Source: an uncultured delta proteobacterium
GTDB lineage: Bacteria > Myxococcota_A > UBA9160 > SMWR01
Reading direction: 5' to 3'
DNA: 64,000 nucleotides
Assembly: GCA_963785985.1 (NCBI GenBank)
Contig: CAWAXD010000024.1
Coordinates: 263,052 to 327,051 of the forward strand
A program made the translations under genes and the position numbers. Shown piece by piece: positions 10,911-22,769 of this stretch. The first letter of the stretch is position 1. Each line of letters starts with the position of its first letter. Below the pieces are notes generated by a model. It made no database searches and was not told the origin of the DNA. It was given only the letters and a program-made list of their open reading frames with translations.

Positions 10911-12011
10911 CTACACGCGCCGCACGCGCGCCTCGTAGGCCTCCCGCACGATGCGCGTGTCCTCGACGAGCCGCGGCAGCTCCGACATCAACAGCGCCTG
11001 CGGTCCGTCGCACAGCGCCTCGGCCGGCCGGGGATGGAAATCGACCAGCACGAGATTGGCGCCCGCGATCACACCCTGAGCGGTGACGTGGAAGATGTCG
11101 AGCAACCCGTCGGGAGCCAGCGCACGGCTGCCCACCGAGTGCGACGGGTCGATGGCGACCGGCAGCCGCGTGAGCCGCTTCAGCACGGGCACGTGTCCGA
11201 AGTCGACCAGGTTGCGGTGCGGGTCGCCGAGATTCGTCTTCATGCCGCGCAAGCAGAAGCAGATCCGGCGGTTGCCGGCCGACGCCACGTACTCGCAAGC
11301 GTTGAGGGATTCTTCCAGCGTGATGCCCATGCCACGCTTGAACAAGACCGGCAGGTCCGTCTGTTGCCCGACGGCCTTGAGCAGCTCGAAGTTCTGCGCG
11401 TTGCGCGTTCCGATCTGGAGCATCACGCCCGTGGCGTCACCGGATTCGGTGAGCGCCTTGCGGATCTCCTCGATGTGGGACTCGTGCGTGATCTCCATCG
11501 CGATGATGCGGATCCCATACTTTCCGGCGAGCTCGAAGACGAAGGGCAGGCACTCGGCTCCGTGGCCCTGGAAGTCGTAGGGGCTCGTGCGCGGCTTGTA
11601 GGCGCCCGCTCGTGTGGTGACGATCCCGCACTCCTTGAGCGCGGCGAACATCGACTCGACGTTCTGGCGGGTGTCGACCGCGCACAGACCCGGAAACAGG
11701 TGGAAGCTGTCCTGGCTGATGCGGACGCCGTTGTACTCGAAGCCCACCGCCTCGAGCCCACCCCCGTGGCGTCCGATCGCGCGGAAACGCTCGGTGATGC
11801 GGACCACCCGCTCGACGCAGGCGAACTCCTCGAAGGGCGCCGTCGGGATCACGCCCGTCGTCCCGAGCAGGTAGATCTCGGTGAGCGAGCGCGTGGCGCC
11901 CTGGATCTGGTGGATCTCCGTGCGGACCTGCGGATAGGCCTCGGCCATCGCGATCAGGCGCCGGACATCGGGCGAATCGGGCCGGGCGTCGGCCTTGAGG
12001 ACGATGATCAT
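10911..12011 (-). CDS. 3-deoxy-7-phosphoheptulonate (DAHP) synthase, type I-beta, with an N-terminal regulatory domain
   Basis: [19 protein letters not shown]... (ferredoxin-like N-domain), then [11 protein letters not shown]...[17 protein letters not shown]...[13 protein letters not shown]...KRGMG...DPSHS. Confidence 0.88.
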   Translation of the reverse strand: MIIVLKADARPDSPDVRRLIAMAEAYPQVRTEIHQIQGATRSLTEIYLLGTTGVIPTAPFEEFACVERVVRITERFRAIGRHGGGLEAVGFEYNGVRISQDSFHLFPGLCAVDTRQNVESMFAALKECGIVTTRAGAYKPRTSPYDFQGHGAECLPFVFELAGKYGIRIIAMEITHESHIEEIRKALTESGDATGVMLQIGTRNAQNFELLKAVGQQTDLPVLFKRGMGITLEESLNACEYVASAGNRRICFCLRGMKTNLGDPHRNLVDFGHVPVLKRLTRLPVAIDPSHSVGSRALAPDGLLDIFHVTAQGVIAGANLVLVDFHPRPAEALCDGPQALLMSELPRLVEDTRIVREAYEARVRRV

Positions 12012-12030
12012 GGGGGGCTCCGGGGGCGTG

Positions 12031-12096
12031 GCGACGCGAGCCGAGGCTACGGAGCGCCGCCCTGCCCGTCAATCCTCGCTGCGCCGCGGCTCTTGC
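12031..12096. repeat. Partial forward plus inverted copies of the GC-rich intergenic repeat family
   Basis: gcgacgcgagccgaggctacggagcgcc resembles gcgcagcgagccgcaggcgagcggagtcc. Downstream, ctcgctgcgccgcggctcttgc is the reverse complement of a gcaag(a/c)g..gcgcagcgag-like segment. Confidence 0.35.
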
Positions 12097-12128
12097 GAAA
12101 ACCTGTTTTCTTCTAGAGATTTGCGGGC

Positions 12129-13577
12129 ATGTCCCAAGAAGGGCCGCCCAGCGGACGGCCAACTCGCGCCAAGCTCTGGGGCGGCCGTTTCGAGGCCGCG
12201 ACGGATCCCGGCCGTCGAACGCTTCAGCGCCTCCATCCATTTCGACCAGGCTCTCGCCCGCTACGACATCCGGGTGTCGCTGGCCCACGCCCGCATGCTG
12301 CACCACGCCGGGCTGCTCAGCGCCGAAGAGGACCAGGCGATCGAACAGGGGCTTCGAGGCGATCGCGCGCGAGCTCGCGGACGGAAGCTTCCCGATCGAC
12401 CCCGCGCTCGAAGACATCCACATGAACGTCGAGGCTCGCTTGCGGGAGAAGATCGGGCCCGCGGCCGGCCGCCTGCACACGGGGCGCAGCCGCAACGATC
12501 AGGTCGCGACGGATCTGGCACTCTACCTGCGCGATGCCGCCGCAGCCGCGCAGCGGGGCCTGCTCGAGCTGCGTCAGGTGCTGCACGGCGCGGGCCCGCG
12601 AGCACCTCGACACGGTGCTGCCCGGCTATACACATCTTCAGCGCGCGCAGCCGGTGCGGCTCGCCCACCACTGGCTCGCCTTCGTCGAGATGCTCGGGCG
12701 CGACGGCTCGCGCTTCCGCGATCTCGGCGCCCGGCTGCGCTCGTGCCCGCTCGGCGCGGGAGCGCTGGCCGGCACGACGCTGCCTCTCGATCGCGAAGAA
12801 ACCGCACGCGCGCTCGGCTTCGCCGCGCCCGCAGCCAACAGCATGGACGCCGTCGCTTCGCGCGACGCTGCGCTCGAGTTCCTGGCGGCGGCGGCGATCG
12901 CGATGGTGCACCTCTCGCGCCTGGCCGAGGAGCTGGTGCTCTGGTCGACGGCGGAGTTCGGCTTCATCGAGCTCGCCGACGCCTACTCGACGGGCTCGAG
13001 CCTGATGCCGCAGAAGAAGAACCCCGACGTGCCCGAGCTGGTACGCGGCAAGTCCGGCCGCGCGATCGGAAATCTGGTGGCGCTGCTCACGGTGCTGAAG
13101 GGTCTCCCGCTCACCTACAACCGCGACCTGCAAGAGGACAAGGAGCCGATCTTCGATTCCGCGCGCACGCTGCGCGACTCGCTCGAGGTGATGGCCGGCG
13201 CGATCGCCACGTTGCGCGTGGACGCGGCGCGCATGCGGCAGGCCGCCTCCGACCCGCTGCTGCTCGCCACCGATCTCGCCGAAGCGCTCGTGCGCGCGGG
13301 CGTACCCTTCCGCGATGCGCACGAAGCGGTCGGGCGCATCGTCAAGCACTGCGTGGCGAAGGATCTCGATCTGCGCGCGCTCTCGCGCGAGGATCTGCGC
13401 GCCTTCCATCCAGCCTTCCCGGCGGCGGCGGCGGCGCTCGTGGACCTCGACGCCGCGCTCGAAGGGCGCGCGCTGGTCGGCGGCACGGCGCGGGTGCGCG
13501 TGGCGGCTGCGCTCGATCGCGCCGAGGCCGATCTGCGTGCGGAGCTCGCGGCACTCGACGCCGCAGGTGTGTCATGA
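12129..13577 (+). pseudogene. argH: Argininosuccinate lyase, interrupted by three +1 frameshifts in its first 470 nt (probably sequence errors)
   Basis: Pieces lie in frames 3>1>2>3: [14 protein letters not shown] | [46 protein letters not shown] | [51 protein letters not shown] | [18 protein letters not shown]...[12 protein letters not shown].... The shifts fall at C/G runs near 12208, 12358 and 12593. Confidence 0.88.
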
Positions 13578-13726
13578 AGAAACTTGTCCTCGCGGCTGCA
13601 CTCGCCCTTTGCGCGCTCGCCGGGCTGGCGCTCGCCTGCGGCCGCTATGGCCCGCCGCACCGCGTCGCACGCCCGGCGCAGGCGACGCCGAGCGTCCCGC
13701 TCACGGACCCCGCGGTGCCGCGATGA
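13574..13726 (+). CDS. Small (50 aa) lipoprotein, LptM/YifL-like by position and motif
   Basis: [50 protein letters not shown]: signal peptide, lipobox LALAC, then CGxxGPP. ATGA overlaps with both the argH stop and the dapF start. It is hidden in the tail of shadow ORF 12422..13726. Confidence 0.6.
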   Translation: MKKLVLAAALALCALAGLALACGRYGPPHRVARPAQATPSVPLTDPAVPR

Positions 13727-14571
13727 CGCGCTGGCTCGAGTTCACGAAGATGCACGGGGCCGGCAACGATTTCGTCGTGCTCGACGGCATCCGCGACGAG
13801 CTCCCCCCGCTCGAGCCCCTCGTGGCGCGGCTGTGCGACCGCCACTTCGGAATCGGCGCCGATCAACTGCTGGTGGTGCGTCCCTCGCGCAGCGCCGACT
13901 TCCGCATGCAGATCTTCAACGCCGATGGCTCGCAGGTGGAGATGTGCGCCAACGGCATCCGCGCCTTCTTTCTCTACCTGCGAGAGCACGGTCACACGGG
14001 CGCGGACGAGATTCGCGTGGAGACGCTCGGCGGCATCGTGACGCCGCGCGCCGCCGGCCCCGGCCGCGTCACCGTCGACATGGGTCGACCCGTCTTCGAG
14101 CCCGAGAAGATCCCGACCACGCTCGGCAGCGGGCGCGGGCCGGTGCTCGAGGTGCCTCTCGACATCGCCGGCGAGCGCGTGAACGTCTCGTCCGTCTCGA
14201 TGGGCAACCCCCACGCCGTGGTCTTCGTCGAGGATCCGGAGCGCGCGCCGGTGGAGACGCTGGGCCCGCGCATCGAGCGCCACCCGGCCTTCCCGAATCG
14301 CGTGAACGTCGAATTCGCGAGCCCCGTCGGGCGCCGCCGCATCCGCCAGCGCACCTGGGAGCGGGGCACCGGAGAGACGCTCGCCTGCGGGAGCGGTGCC
14401 TGCGCGGTCGCCGTGGTATCCATGCTGCGCGGCCTCGTGGAGCGCTCCGTCGCGATCGAGCTGCGGGGCGGCGAGCTCCAGATCGACTGGCCGGACGACG
14501 CTGCGCACGTATCGATGACCGGACCCGCGGCGGAAGTCTTCAACGGGCGGATCCGCATCGAGGGGGACTAG
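13723..14571 (+). CDS. dapF: Diaminopimelate epimerase
   Basis: [22 protein letters not shown]...EMCANGIR...SMGNPHAV...[19 protein letters not shown]. Confidence 0.93.
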   Translation: MTRWLEFTKMHGAGNDFVVLDGIRDELPPLEPLVARLCDRHFGIGADQLLVVRPSRSADFRMQIFNADGSQVEMCANGIRAFFLYLREHGHTGADEIRVETLGGIVTPRAAGPGRVTVDMGRPVFEPEKIPTTLGSGRGPVLEVPLDIAGERVNVSSVSMGNPHAVVFVEDPERAPVETLGPRIERHPAFPNRVNVEFASPVGRRRIRQRTWERGTGETLACGSGACAVAVVSMLRGLVERSVAIELRGGELQIDWPDDAAHVSMTGPAAEVFNGRIRIEGD

Positions 14572-14573
14572 CG

Positions 14574-15446
14574 GTGTTCGAGGGAGTCTTCACGGCGCTG
14601 GTGACGCCCTTTCGCGACGGCGAGGTCGACGAGCAGGCGCTGCGCGAACTCGTCGAGCTCCAGGTGGCGGCGGGCGTCGACGGCGTGGCTCCGTGCGGCT
14701 CGACGGGCGAGGCCGCGACGCTCTCCCACGCGGAGCACGGGCGCGTGGTGCAGATCGTCGTCGAGGCCGCGCGCCGGCGCATCCAGGTGCTCGCCGGAAC
14801 GGGCTCGAACAACACGCGCGAATCGATCGAGCTGACGCGCCATGCCCGCCGCGTGGGCGCCGACGGCGCGCTGCTGATCTCGCCCTACTACAACAAGCCG
14901 ACGCAGGAAGGCATCGTCGCGCATTACGAAGCCATCGCGCGCGACACCGGCTTTCCGCTCGTCGTCTACAACATCCCCGGGCGCACGGCTTCGAACATCC
15001 TGCCCGAGACGCTCGCGCGGCTCGCCGACGTCGAGCAGGTGGTCGGCGTGAAGGAAGCAAGCGGCGACATCGCACAGATCTCCGAGGTGGTGGTGCGCTG
15101 CCCGGAAGCGTTCGTCGTGCTGTCGGGCGACGACGCGCTGACGCTGCCGGTGCTCGCCGTCGGCGGCCGCGGCGTCATCTCGACCACGTCGAACGTCGCG
15201 CCGCGCGACGTGGTGGAGCTGGTGCGCGCCTTCCGCGCCGGTGATCACGCGCGCGCCTTGCAGGTGCACCAACGCCTGCTGCCGCTCTTCAAGGCGCTGT
15301 TCTGCGAGACGAATCCGATTCCGGTGAAGGCCGCGCTCGCGCTTCAGGGCCGCATCCGCGACGAGATCCGGCTGCCGCTCACGAAGCTCGCGCAGGCGAA
15401 CCGGGAACGCTTGCAGGTCGCCTTGAAGGAGCAGGGGCTCGTCTGA
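14574..15446 (+). CDS. dapA: 4-hydroxy-tetrahydrodipicolinate synthase
   Basis: GTG start: VFEGVFTALVTPFRDGEVDEQAL...GVAPCGSTGEAATLS...LISPYYNKPTQEG...VYNIPGRT...VGVKEASGD. Confidence 0.93.
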   Translation: MFEGVFTALVTPFRDGEVDEQALRELVELQVAAGVDGVAPCGSTGEAATLSHAEHGRVVQIVVEAARRRIQVLAGTGSNNTRESIELTRHARRVGADGALLISPYYNKPTQEGIVAHYEAIARDTGFPLVVYNIPGRTASNILPETLARLADVEQVVGVKEASGDIAQISEVVVRCPEAFVVLSGDDALTLPVLAVGGRGVISTTSNVAPRDVVELVRAFRAGDHARALQVHQRLLPLFKALFCETNPIPVKAALALQGRIRDEIRLPLTKLAQANRERLQVALKEQGLV

Positions 15447-16240
15447 TGCGCGCGTCGCGCCGGGTGCTCGTCGTCGGAGCCTGCGGCCGCATGGGCGAAC
15501 GCGTGCGCGCGGCGCTCGCGGGCGAGCCGTCGCTGCGGCTGGCAGCCGCGCTCGAGGCGCCCGGTCACCCGCAGCTGGGCACGCAGCTCGCGCCCGGAGT
15601 GGTGCTGCGCGACGACGTCAAGGCCGCGCTCGCGCAGAGCGACGTGGCGATCGATTTCAGCCATCCCGCCGCAAGTTTTCTGGTGCTGCGGGCCGCTGCG
15701 GAGGCCGGCGTCGCCTACGTGATGGGGACGACGGGGCTCTCGGGCGACGAGCGCGCCGAGCTGACGCTCGCCGCGCGGCGCATCCCCGTTCTCCACTCTC
15801 CGAATTTCTCGGTGTCGGTGAACGTGCTGGTGTGGCTGGTGCGCGAGGCCGCGCGCCGGCTCGGATCCGGCTACGACGCCGAGATCCTCGAGATGCACCA
15901 CGCGGGCAAGCGCGACGCGCCGAGCGGCACGGCCCTGCGCCTGGCGGAAGCCATCGCCGAGGGGCGCGGGCATCCGCTGGAAGGCCATCTCGTGCTCGAG
16001 CGCGCGGGCGAGACCGGGGCGCGGGTGGCCGGGTCGATCGGCATCCAGGCGCTGCGCGCGGGCGACGCCGCCGGGGATCACAGCGTGATGTTCGCGGGCG
16101 TGGGCGAGCGGCTCGAGCTCGTACACCGCGCGCAGACCCGCGATCATTTTGCGCGCGGCGCCGTACGCGCTGCGGCCTGGCTCGCCGGTCGCGAGCCGGG
16201 CCTCTACCGCGTCGAGCAGGCGCTCGATCTCGAGAGCTAG
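15446..16240 (+). CDS. dapB: 4-hydroxy-tetrahydrodipicolinate reductase
   Basis: VLVVGACGRMGERV...DFSHP...GTTGL...SPNFSVSVN...EILEMHHAGKRDAPSGTA. Confidence 0.92.
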   Translation: MRASRRVLVVGACGRMGERVRAALAGEPSLRLAAALEAPGHPQLGTQLAPGVVLRDDVKAALAQSDVAIDFSHPAASFLVLRAAAEAGVAYVMGTTGLSGDERAELTLAARRIPVLHSPNFSVSVNVLVWLVREAARRLGSGYDAEILEMHHAGKRDAPSGTALRLAEAIAEGRGHPLEGHLVLERAGETGARVAGSIGIQALRAGDAAGDHSVMFAGVGERLELVHRAQTRDHFARGAVRAAAWLAGREPGLYRVEQALDLES

Positions 16241-16249
16241 GCCTCGGGT

Positions 16250-16278
16250 CCCGGCGCGGGCGTGAGGCCCGCGCCGGG
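16250..16278. terminator. 12-bp perfect GC hairpin between the convergent dapB and glnA genes (putative bidirectional terminator, no U-tract)
   Basis: cccggcgcgggc-gtgag-gcccgcgccggg sits in the 49-bp gap between the two stop codons. Confidence 0.45.
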
Positions 16279-16289
16279 TGGCCCAGCGA

Positions 16290-18306
<2,017 letters not shown>

Positions 18307-18376
18307 TCAGGAATTCAGCAGAGTTTGCTCGAAAGCTGGGCACGCGCGCCCTCGGCGGGGGGCAACCTGAAAGCGA

Positions 18377-18412
18377 AAGGGGCGCAGCACCGATGCAGGC
18401 GCCGCGCCCCTT
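18377..18412 (-). terminator. Intrinsic terminator downstream of the porin gene
   Basis: The minus strand reads aaggggcgc-(18 nt loop)-gcgcccctt followed by tcgctttc. It begins 29 nt after the porin stop codon. Confidence 0.5.
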
Positions 18413-18440
18413 CGAAGGGCCTCCTGAGCCGCGGGCAGCC

Positions 18441-19916
18441 CTAGAATTTGTAGAGCATCTGGATCAGACCCAGGACCTGATCGTTGTCTTCCCAGCCGGT
18501 CGGCCCATCGTTGCCGTCCAGGAAGAAGTTGTCCGGTCCATCACCGACCTTCCCGACGTCGTACCGCACCTCGGCCTTCACGATCAGATTTTCCGTCAGC
18601 GTATGGTCGATGGTTCCCGTAAGCGCATAGAAGATCAGCTCGGGCGCCGACGCGCCGTTGTCGATGTTCCACCACTGGCCCTCGGCGCGCAGCGAGACTC
18701 CCGTCGCTTCGCCGATCGCGTACCGAGAAGCCAGGGCGAGGGCGTGCACCTGGGTCTTGTCGAAGCCAGTGTGTCCGCTGGCGCCGTTGTCGGTGTTCTC
18801 CACCCAGTAGTAGTCGTAGTTGATCCAGGCCGAGAATTGGTCCGTCGGGTTCCACCACAGGATGTGGTCGCTGACGCCGATCTTGTCGCCGGAGCGGCCG
18901 GCGCCGTTCGGGGTGTTCGGGAAGCCGGCGAAGGCCCACGGCGCCCAGTCACCCGAGTCGCCGCCGTAGAAGATGTTGGTCGCGTATGCCCAGGTTTCGC
19001 GCGTCACCTTGATGCCGCCGAGGAAGCCCTTCTCGTTGTCGCGGTCCGACATCGTGTCGCTGTAGCCGTTCACCACCCCGAGCGCCCAGTCGACGCCGCA
19101 GCGGGTGCACTTGCCGCTCACCATCAGACCCGTGTGATTCACGGGCTGGAGCGCCCAGGTGATGCCGCGCGTAATGTTGAAGTTCGAGTCCTGGCGGAAC
19201 GACTCGGCGCCGATCAGGGTCGCGAAGCGGCCGCCCTTGACGGAGATGCCGTTCTCACCGACCGGAGCCAGGTACTCGGCGTAGGCCTGGAACAGGTGCG
19301 GAAGATCGCCGGTTCCGTGGTCGTCGGCGGAGATGGTCTGGGCGTCGTGGGGCCCGGCGGTGAAGAAGGTGCCCTCGCGATTCGCATCGGCGATCGCGCC
19401 GTACACGATGTCGGCGCGGAAGCCTGCCGGGCTCTCCATCGTCGCCGTCTTCCCGATCCCGAACCAGAGCTGATCGAGCTGGAAGGTGTTGTCGTTGGTG
19501 TGGCCGGGCGCCGTGATGCCCAGGATGCCGCCGTTCTCGCCCGCCACCGTCGTCGGCCCGAAGTCTCCGCTCACGCCGGGCTGCGAGACGTCCCCATCCT
19601 TCAACGCATTGAAGTTGTAGTTGTAGCTGGCGGCGATGAACCCATCGACCTCGACCTTGTTGAGGAACTCGGCGAGACCCGAGGCAGCGCCGCGAGATTC
19701 GTCGAGGCCTGCCTTCTTGATCAGCGCCTCCTGCTGGTCGATCTTCTGCCTCGACGTCTCGAGATCGTCGTTGGTCGCTTGCAGCCTGCTCTCGAGCTCC
19801 GACATGCGCCTTTGCATCTGTTGGAGCTGTGCTTCGACGCCATCCGCCAACGCCAGCCGCGGAACGGCCAATACGCTGGCCGCAGCAGCGAGGAGGATCT
19901 TCCAGCTCGGTCGCAT
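18441..19916 (-). CDS. Outer-membrane beta-barrel porin with an N-terminal coiled coil
   Basis: Signal peptide MRPSWKILLAAAASVLAVPRLALA. Coiled coil QLQQMQRRMSELESRLQATNDDLETSRQKIDQQEALIKK. Alternating aromatic/Gly-rich strands and a C-terminal OMP signature ...LGLIQMLYKF. Confidence 0.75.
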   Translation of the reverse strand: MRPSWKILLAAAASVLAVPRLALADGVEAQLQQMQRRMSELESRLQATNDDLETSRQKIDQQEALIKKAGLDESRGAASGLAEFLNKVEVDGFIAASYNYNFNALKDGDVSQPGVSGDFGPTTVAGENGGILGITAPGHTNDNTFQLDQLWFGIGKTATMESPAGFRADIVYGAIADANREGTFFTAGPHDAQTISADDHGTGDLPHLFQAYAEYLAPVGENGISVKGGRFATLIGAESFRQDSNFNITRGITWALQPVNHTGLMVSGKCTRCGVDWALGVVNGYSDTMSDRDNEKGFLGGIKVTRETWAYATNIFYGGDSGDWAPWAFAGFPNTPNGAGRSGDKIGVSDHILWWNPTDQFSAWINYDYYWVENTDNGASGHTGFDKTQVHALALASRYAIGEATGVSLRAEGQWWNIDNGASAPELIFYALTGTIDHTLTENLIVKAEVRYDVGKVGDGPDNFFLDGNDGPTGWEDNDQVLGLIQMLYKF

Positions 19917-19980
19917 CGCATTACCCCTTTCGATTTCGAGTCGATGTCCCGGTGTCCGCTTAGACCCGTTCGGGCCAGCC

Positions 19981-19998
19981 TTGCAATTTCAAGGCCGG
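19981..19998 (-). promoter_or_regulatory. Sigma54 (-24/-12) promoter upstream of the porin gene
   Basis: The minus strand reads cCGGCCTTGAAATTGCAa, with GG-N10-GC spacing and a TTGCA -12 element. It is about 65 nt upstream of the porin ATG at 19916. Confidence 0.5.
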
Positions 19999-20080
19999 AA
20001 TCGGCACACATTTCGGACGTCAGAACGGGGTGGAAGCGGATGCAGCTGCGATCAGCAGACGCGCGTGCGCCGCTGCCGGC

Positions 20081-20770
20081 TCATACGCGGCGCCAGAGCT
20101 CGTGCTCGTCGAGATAGGCGAGCGTCGCCGGACACAGGCGTGTCAGGCGCGGCGAGCGCAGCGCTTCGAGCCGCCGCAGATCGGCGAGCGTATCGACGTC
20201 GAAGCCCGGCTCGAGCAGGCGGGCGCTCAGTCCGAGCCGCGCGGCGTTCGCGAGCGTGTCGGCGAGCACCGTGGCGGTGCTCATGGGATGCTCGAACAAG
20301 CCCGGCGCGGGACGCTTCAAGCCCACGAGCCCGTAGCCGCCGTCCCGATCCGGGCGCAGCACGAGATCCGCTGCGTCGAGCGCCGCGAGGGCCGCGCTCA
20401 CGACCTCGGCGTCGATCAACGGGGAGTCGCTGCCGCGCAGCAGCACGCACGGCGCTCCCGCCGCGCAGGCTTCGCGCACGGCCCAATCCATGCGCCGCCC
20501 CAGATCCGCGCCGCGTTGCGGAACGACACGGAAGCGCACGGGAGCGCCGCGCGCGATTTCGCCGCACGCCTGCGCCGGGTGCACGGCGACGATCGGGACG
20601 ATGCCGAGCTCCTGCGCGATCTCCGCCGAGGCTGCGAGCACGTCCGACAGCAGCCGGCCGTAGAGCTCCGCGGCCTCGGCGGGCGTGAGCGGCGGGCACA
20701 GGCGGGTCTTGACGTCGCCCGCCCGCGGAGCCTTTGCCAGGACGATCAACGCCCCGCGGCTGCGCTTCAA
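20081..20770 (-). CDS. DUF2064-family (GT-A/CofC-like) glycosyl/nucleotidyl-transferase-like protein
   Basis: ALIVLAKAPRAGDVKTRLCPPLTPAEAAELY...LLRGSDSPLID...PDRDGGYGLVGL is the characteristic DUF2064 N-terminal signature. A 4-nt overlap couples it to the upstream gene. Confidence 0.7.
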   Translation of the reverse strand: MKRSRGALIVLAKAPRAGDVKTRLCPPLTPAEAAELYGRLLSDVLAASAEIAQELGIVPIVAVHPAQACGEIARGAPVRFRVVPQRGADLGRRMDWAVREACAAGAPCVLLRGSDSPLIDAEVVSAALAALDAADLVLRPDRDGGYGLVGLKRPAPGLFEHPMSTATVLADTLANAARLGLSARLLEPGFDVDTLADLRRLEALRSPRLTRLCPATLAYLDEHELWRRV

Positions 20771-21768
20771 GACGGGCGCGCCCGCGGCGCCACGAAGGGC
20801 AGCGGCATCACGCGCGCGTCCCTTCCTTCGACCTCGAGCGGCGTGCCCGGCGCGGCGTGCGCCCGCCGGACGTAGGCGAGCGCGATGGTTCCCGCGCTCG
20901 CCGAGCGGGCCGCGCTCGTCAGCTCGCCGGTCCGCACGCCTCGCGACGAGACCGCCGCGCCAGCGGCCGGAATGGCTTCACCCGTGAGCGCGAGCCCGAC
21001 GAGCGCATGGCTCGCATCGCCGCGCGTCGCCATCCGGGCCACGATCTCCTGGCCGGTGTAACACCCCTTGGTGGTCGAGATCGCCCGCGCGAGGCCGGCC
21101 TCTGCCGGCAGCACCGCTTCGGAGAGCTCGCGGCCGAAGCGCGGAGTCCCCGCTTCGATGCGCAGCACCTCGAGCGTCTCTGCGTCCGCCTCGAGCAGCG
21201 AGTGCCCGGCGCCCGCGCGACGCAGGGCCTCGCACACGGCGGCGCTGCTTCCCGCCGGCACGAAGAGCTGGAGCGCATCCTCTCCGCTCACACCCCAGGC
21301 GCCCGCGATCACGCTCGTCCCCGCGATCACGTACGCGTCGGCGGCGTCGCGCGCGAGGCCCGGGGGCTCGCCCGCCGCTGCGCTGAAGATGGCGTTCGTT
21401 GCAGGCCCTTCGAGCGCGAGACGCTCCCAGGCCAGGCTCGCGTCCGAGAGCCGCACGTCGTCGGCGATGATGAACTTGCCCAGTGTCGCGAGCAGCGGTG
21501 CGACCGCCTCCGGCGCGCACTCGAGCCAGAACGCGTCGCCTCGCAGCAGCACGTGGAGATCCGCGACGATGCGCCCGATCCGCGTGAGGAGCAGCGCCTG
21601 GCAGCCCGAGCGCTCGCGGCCGGCGGCGAGCCGGGCGACGTCGTTCGTGAGCATGCCGTTCAGCCAGCGAACGCGATCGGCGCCCTCGACCACGGCGAGG
21701 CCGCGCGCGCCCAGGCGGAAGAGCCCGGCTGCCCGCCGGCACTGCTGCGCCTGCGCGCCGGCGCTCAT
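20767..21768 (-). CDS. ygfZ: Folate-binding YgfZ / aminomethyltransferase(GcvT)-like protein
   Basis: Internal ATG at 21768 (ATGA overlap with the upstream stop). LAVVEGADRVRWLNGMLTNDV...RIEAGTPRFGRELSEAVLPAEAGL...AISTTKGCYTGQEIVARM carries the K-G-C-Y-x-GQE YgfZ motif. Confidence 0.82.
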   Translation of the reverse strand: MSAGAQAQQCRRAAGLFRLGARGLAVVEGADRVRWLNGMLTNDVARLAAGRERSGCQALLLTRIGRIVADLHVLLRGDAFWLECAPEAVAPLLATLGKFIIADDVRLSDASLAWERLALEGPATNAIFSAAAGEPPGLARDAADAYVIAGTSVIAGAWGVSGEDALQLFVPAGSSAAVCEALRRAGAGHSLLEADAETLEVLRIEAGTPRFGRELSEAVLPAEAGLARAISTTKGCYTGQEIVARMATRGDASHALVGLALTGEAIPAAGAAVSSRGVRTGELTSAARSASAGTIALAYVRRAHAAPGTPLEVEGRDARVMPLPFVAPRARPS

Positions 21769-22769
21769 GACCCGCTGCGCTCGGGAGCCCCGGACGCGAG
21801 CGCCGGGGCGCCATACAGCTGCTCGGCGCGGCTCGCCTGCGCCTTGCTCCACTCCGCGAAGCGGAGCTTCGCGACGTCGTAGTCGTGCTCGTTGTCGATG
21901 TCGATGGCGGCGCCGCCCGCCTGCGTGACGACGAAACGGACCGACGCGCGCAGCAGATCGCTGCAACAGGCCTCGATGCGCGCGAGCGGGGCGAAGCGAC
22001 GCAGCGTATCGGCCACGCGCGTGAACCCGCGCCGATCGGCGACGCCCGCGAAGTGCATGAGCACGTAGTAGTAGAGCACCCGCAGCCCACCGCGTTCGCT
22101 CGTCAGCAGATGCCACGCCATCGCCACGATGCTGCCGAGCTCGCGCTGAAAGCGGTTGCGATACATCTCCTCGATGTAGTGGCGGTTGATGATCCGCCCC
22201 GGCCGCACCAGATGCAGGTTGCTCTGACGGAAGCGGCCCTCGCGCAAATTGAAGCTCGCCATGCGGATGCCGGGCTCGCCTGGCGCGGTGGGCAGGAAAT
22301 CCGCCATCGAGGCCTCGGTCACGAGCCCGAGCGCGTAGCTGCAATCGAGCTGGCTCGCCTGACGCACGAAGGCCGAGATCTCCTGCGGTGTCGCAAACGG
22401 AAGATCGGCCGAGAGGTAGAGGACCTTGGTATCGAGGTCCGCGGCCTCGGGCTCGCGCCCGCTCGCTCCCGCCCCCGGCAGCAGGCGCTGGTAGGCCCCC
22501 CAGGCGTTCTCGTAGAGATTGCGGAGCTGGGGCATCAGGCGGAGCGGCTTGCGCAGCTCACAGCGCACGCTCTCCGAGGCGAAGGCGTCGCGCAGCCGCT
22601 CCTCGTCACCGACGACCCAGACCTCGGAGATCTCGGGGACACGCTGAAGCGCTGCCACCACGTGGGCCACCAGCGGGCGGCCCTCGATTTCGAGGTAGGC
22701 CTTGCTCTCCCCGTACACGGCCTTCGCCGCGCCGCGGTCACCGGCGGTCACTACCGCGGGAAATCTCAT
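21765..22769 (-). CDS. MobA-like nucleotidyltransferase-family protein with an uncharacterised C-terminal half
   Basis: MRFPAVVTAGDRGAAKAVYGESKAYLEIEGRPLVAHVVAAL...VWVVGDE is an NTP-transferase N-terminus. The alternative ATG at 22811 would add 14 aa. Confidence 0.65.
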   Translation of the reverse strand: MRFPAVVTAGDRGAAKAVYGESKAYLEIEGRPLVAHVVAALQRVPEISEVWVVGDEERLRDAFASESVRCELRKPLRLMPQLRNLYENAWGAYQRLLPGAGASGREPEAADLDTKVLYLSADLPFATPQEISAFVRQASQLDCSYALGLVTEASMADFLPTAPGEPGIRMASFNLREGRFRQSNLHLVRPGRIINRHYIEEMYRNRFQRELGSIVAMAWHLLTSERGGLRVLYYYVLMHFAGVADRRGFTRVADTLRRFAPLARIEACCSDLLRASVRFVVTQAGGAAIDIDNEHDYDVAKLRFAEWSKAQASRAEQLYGAPALASGAPERSGS

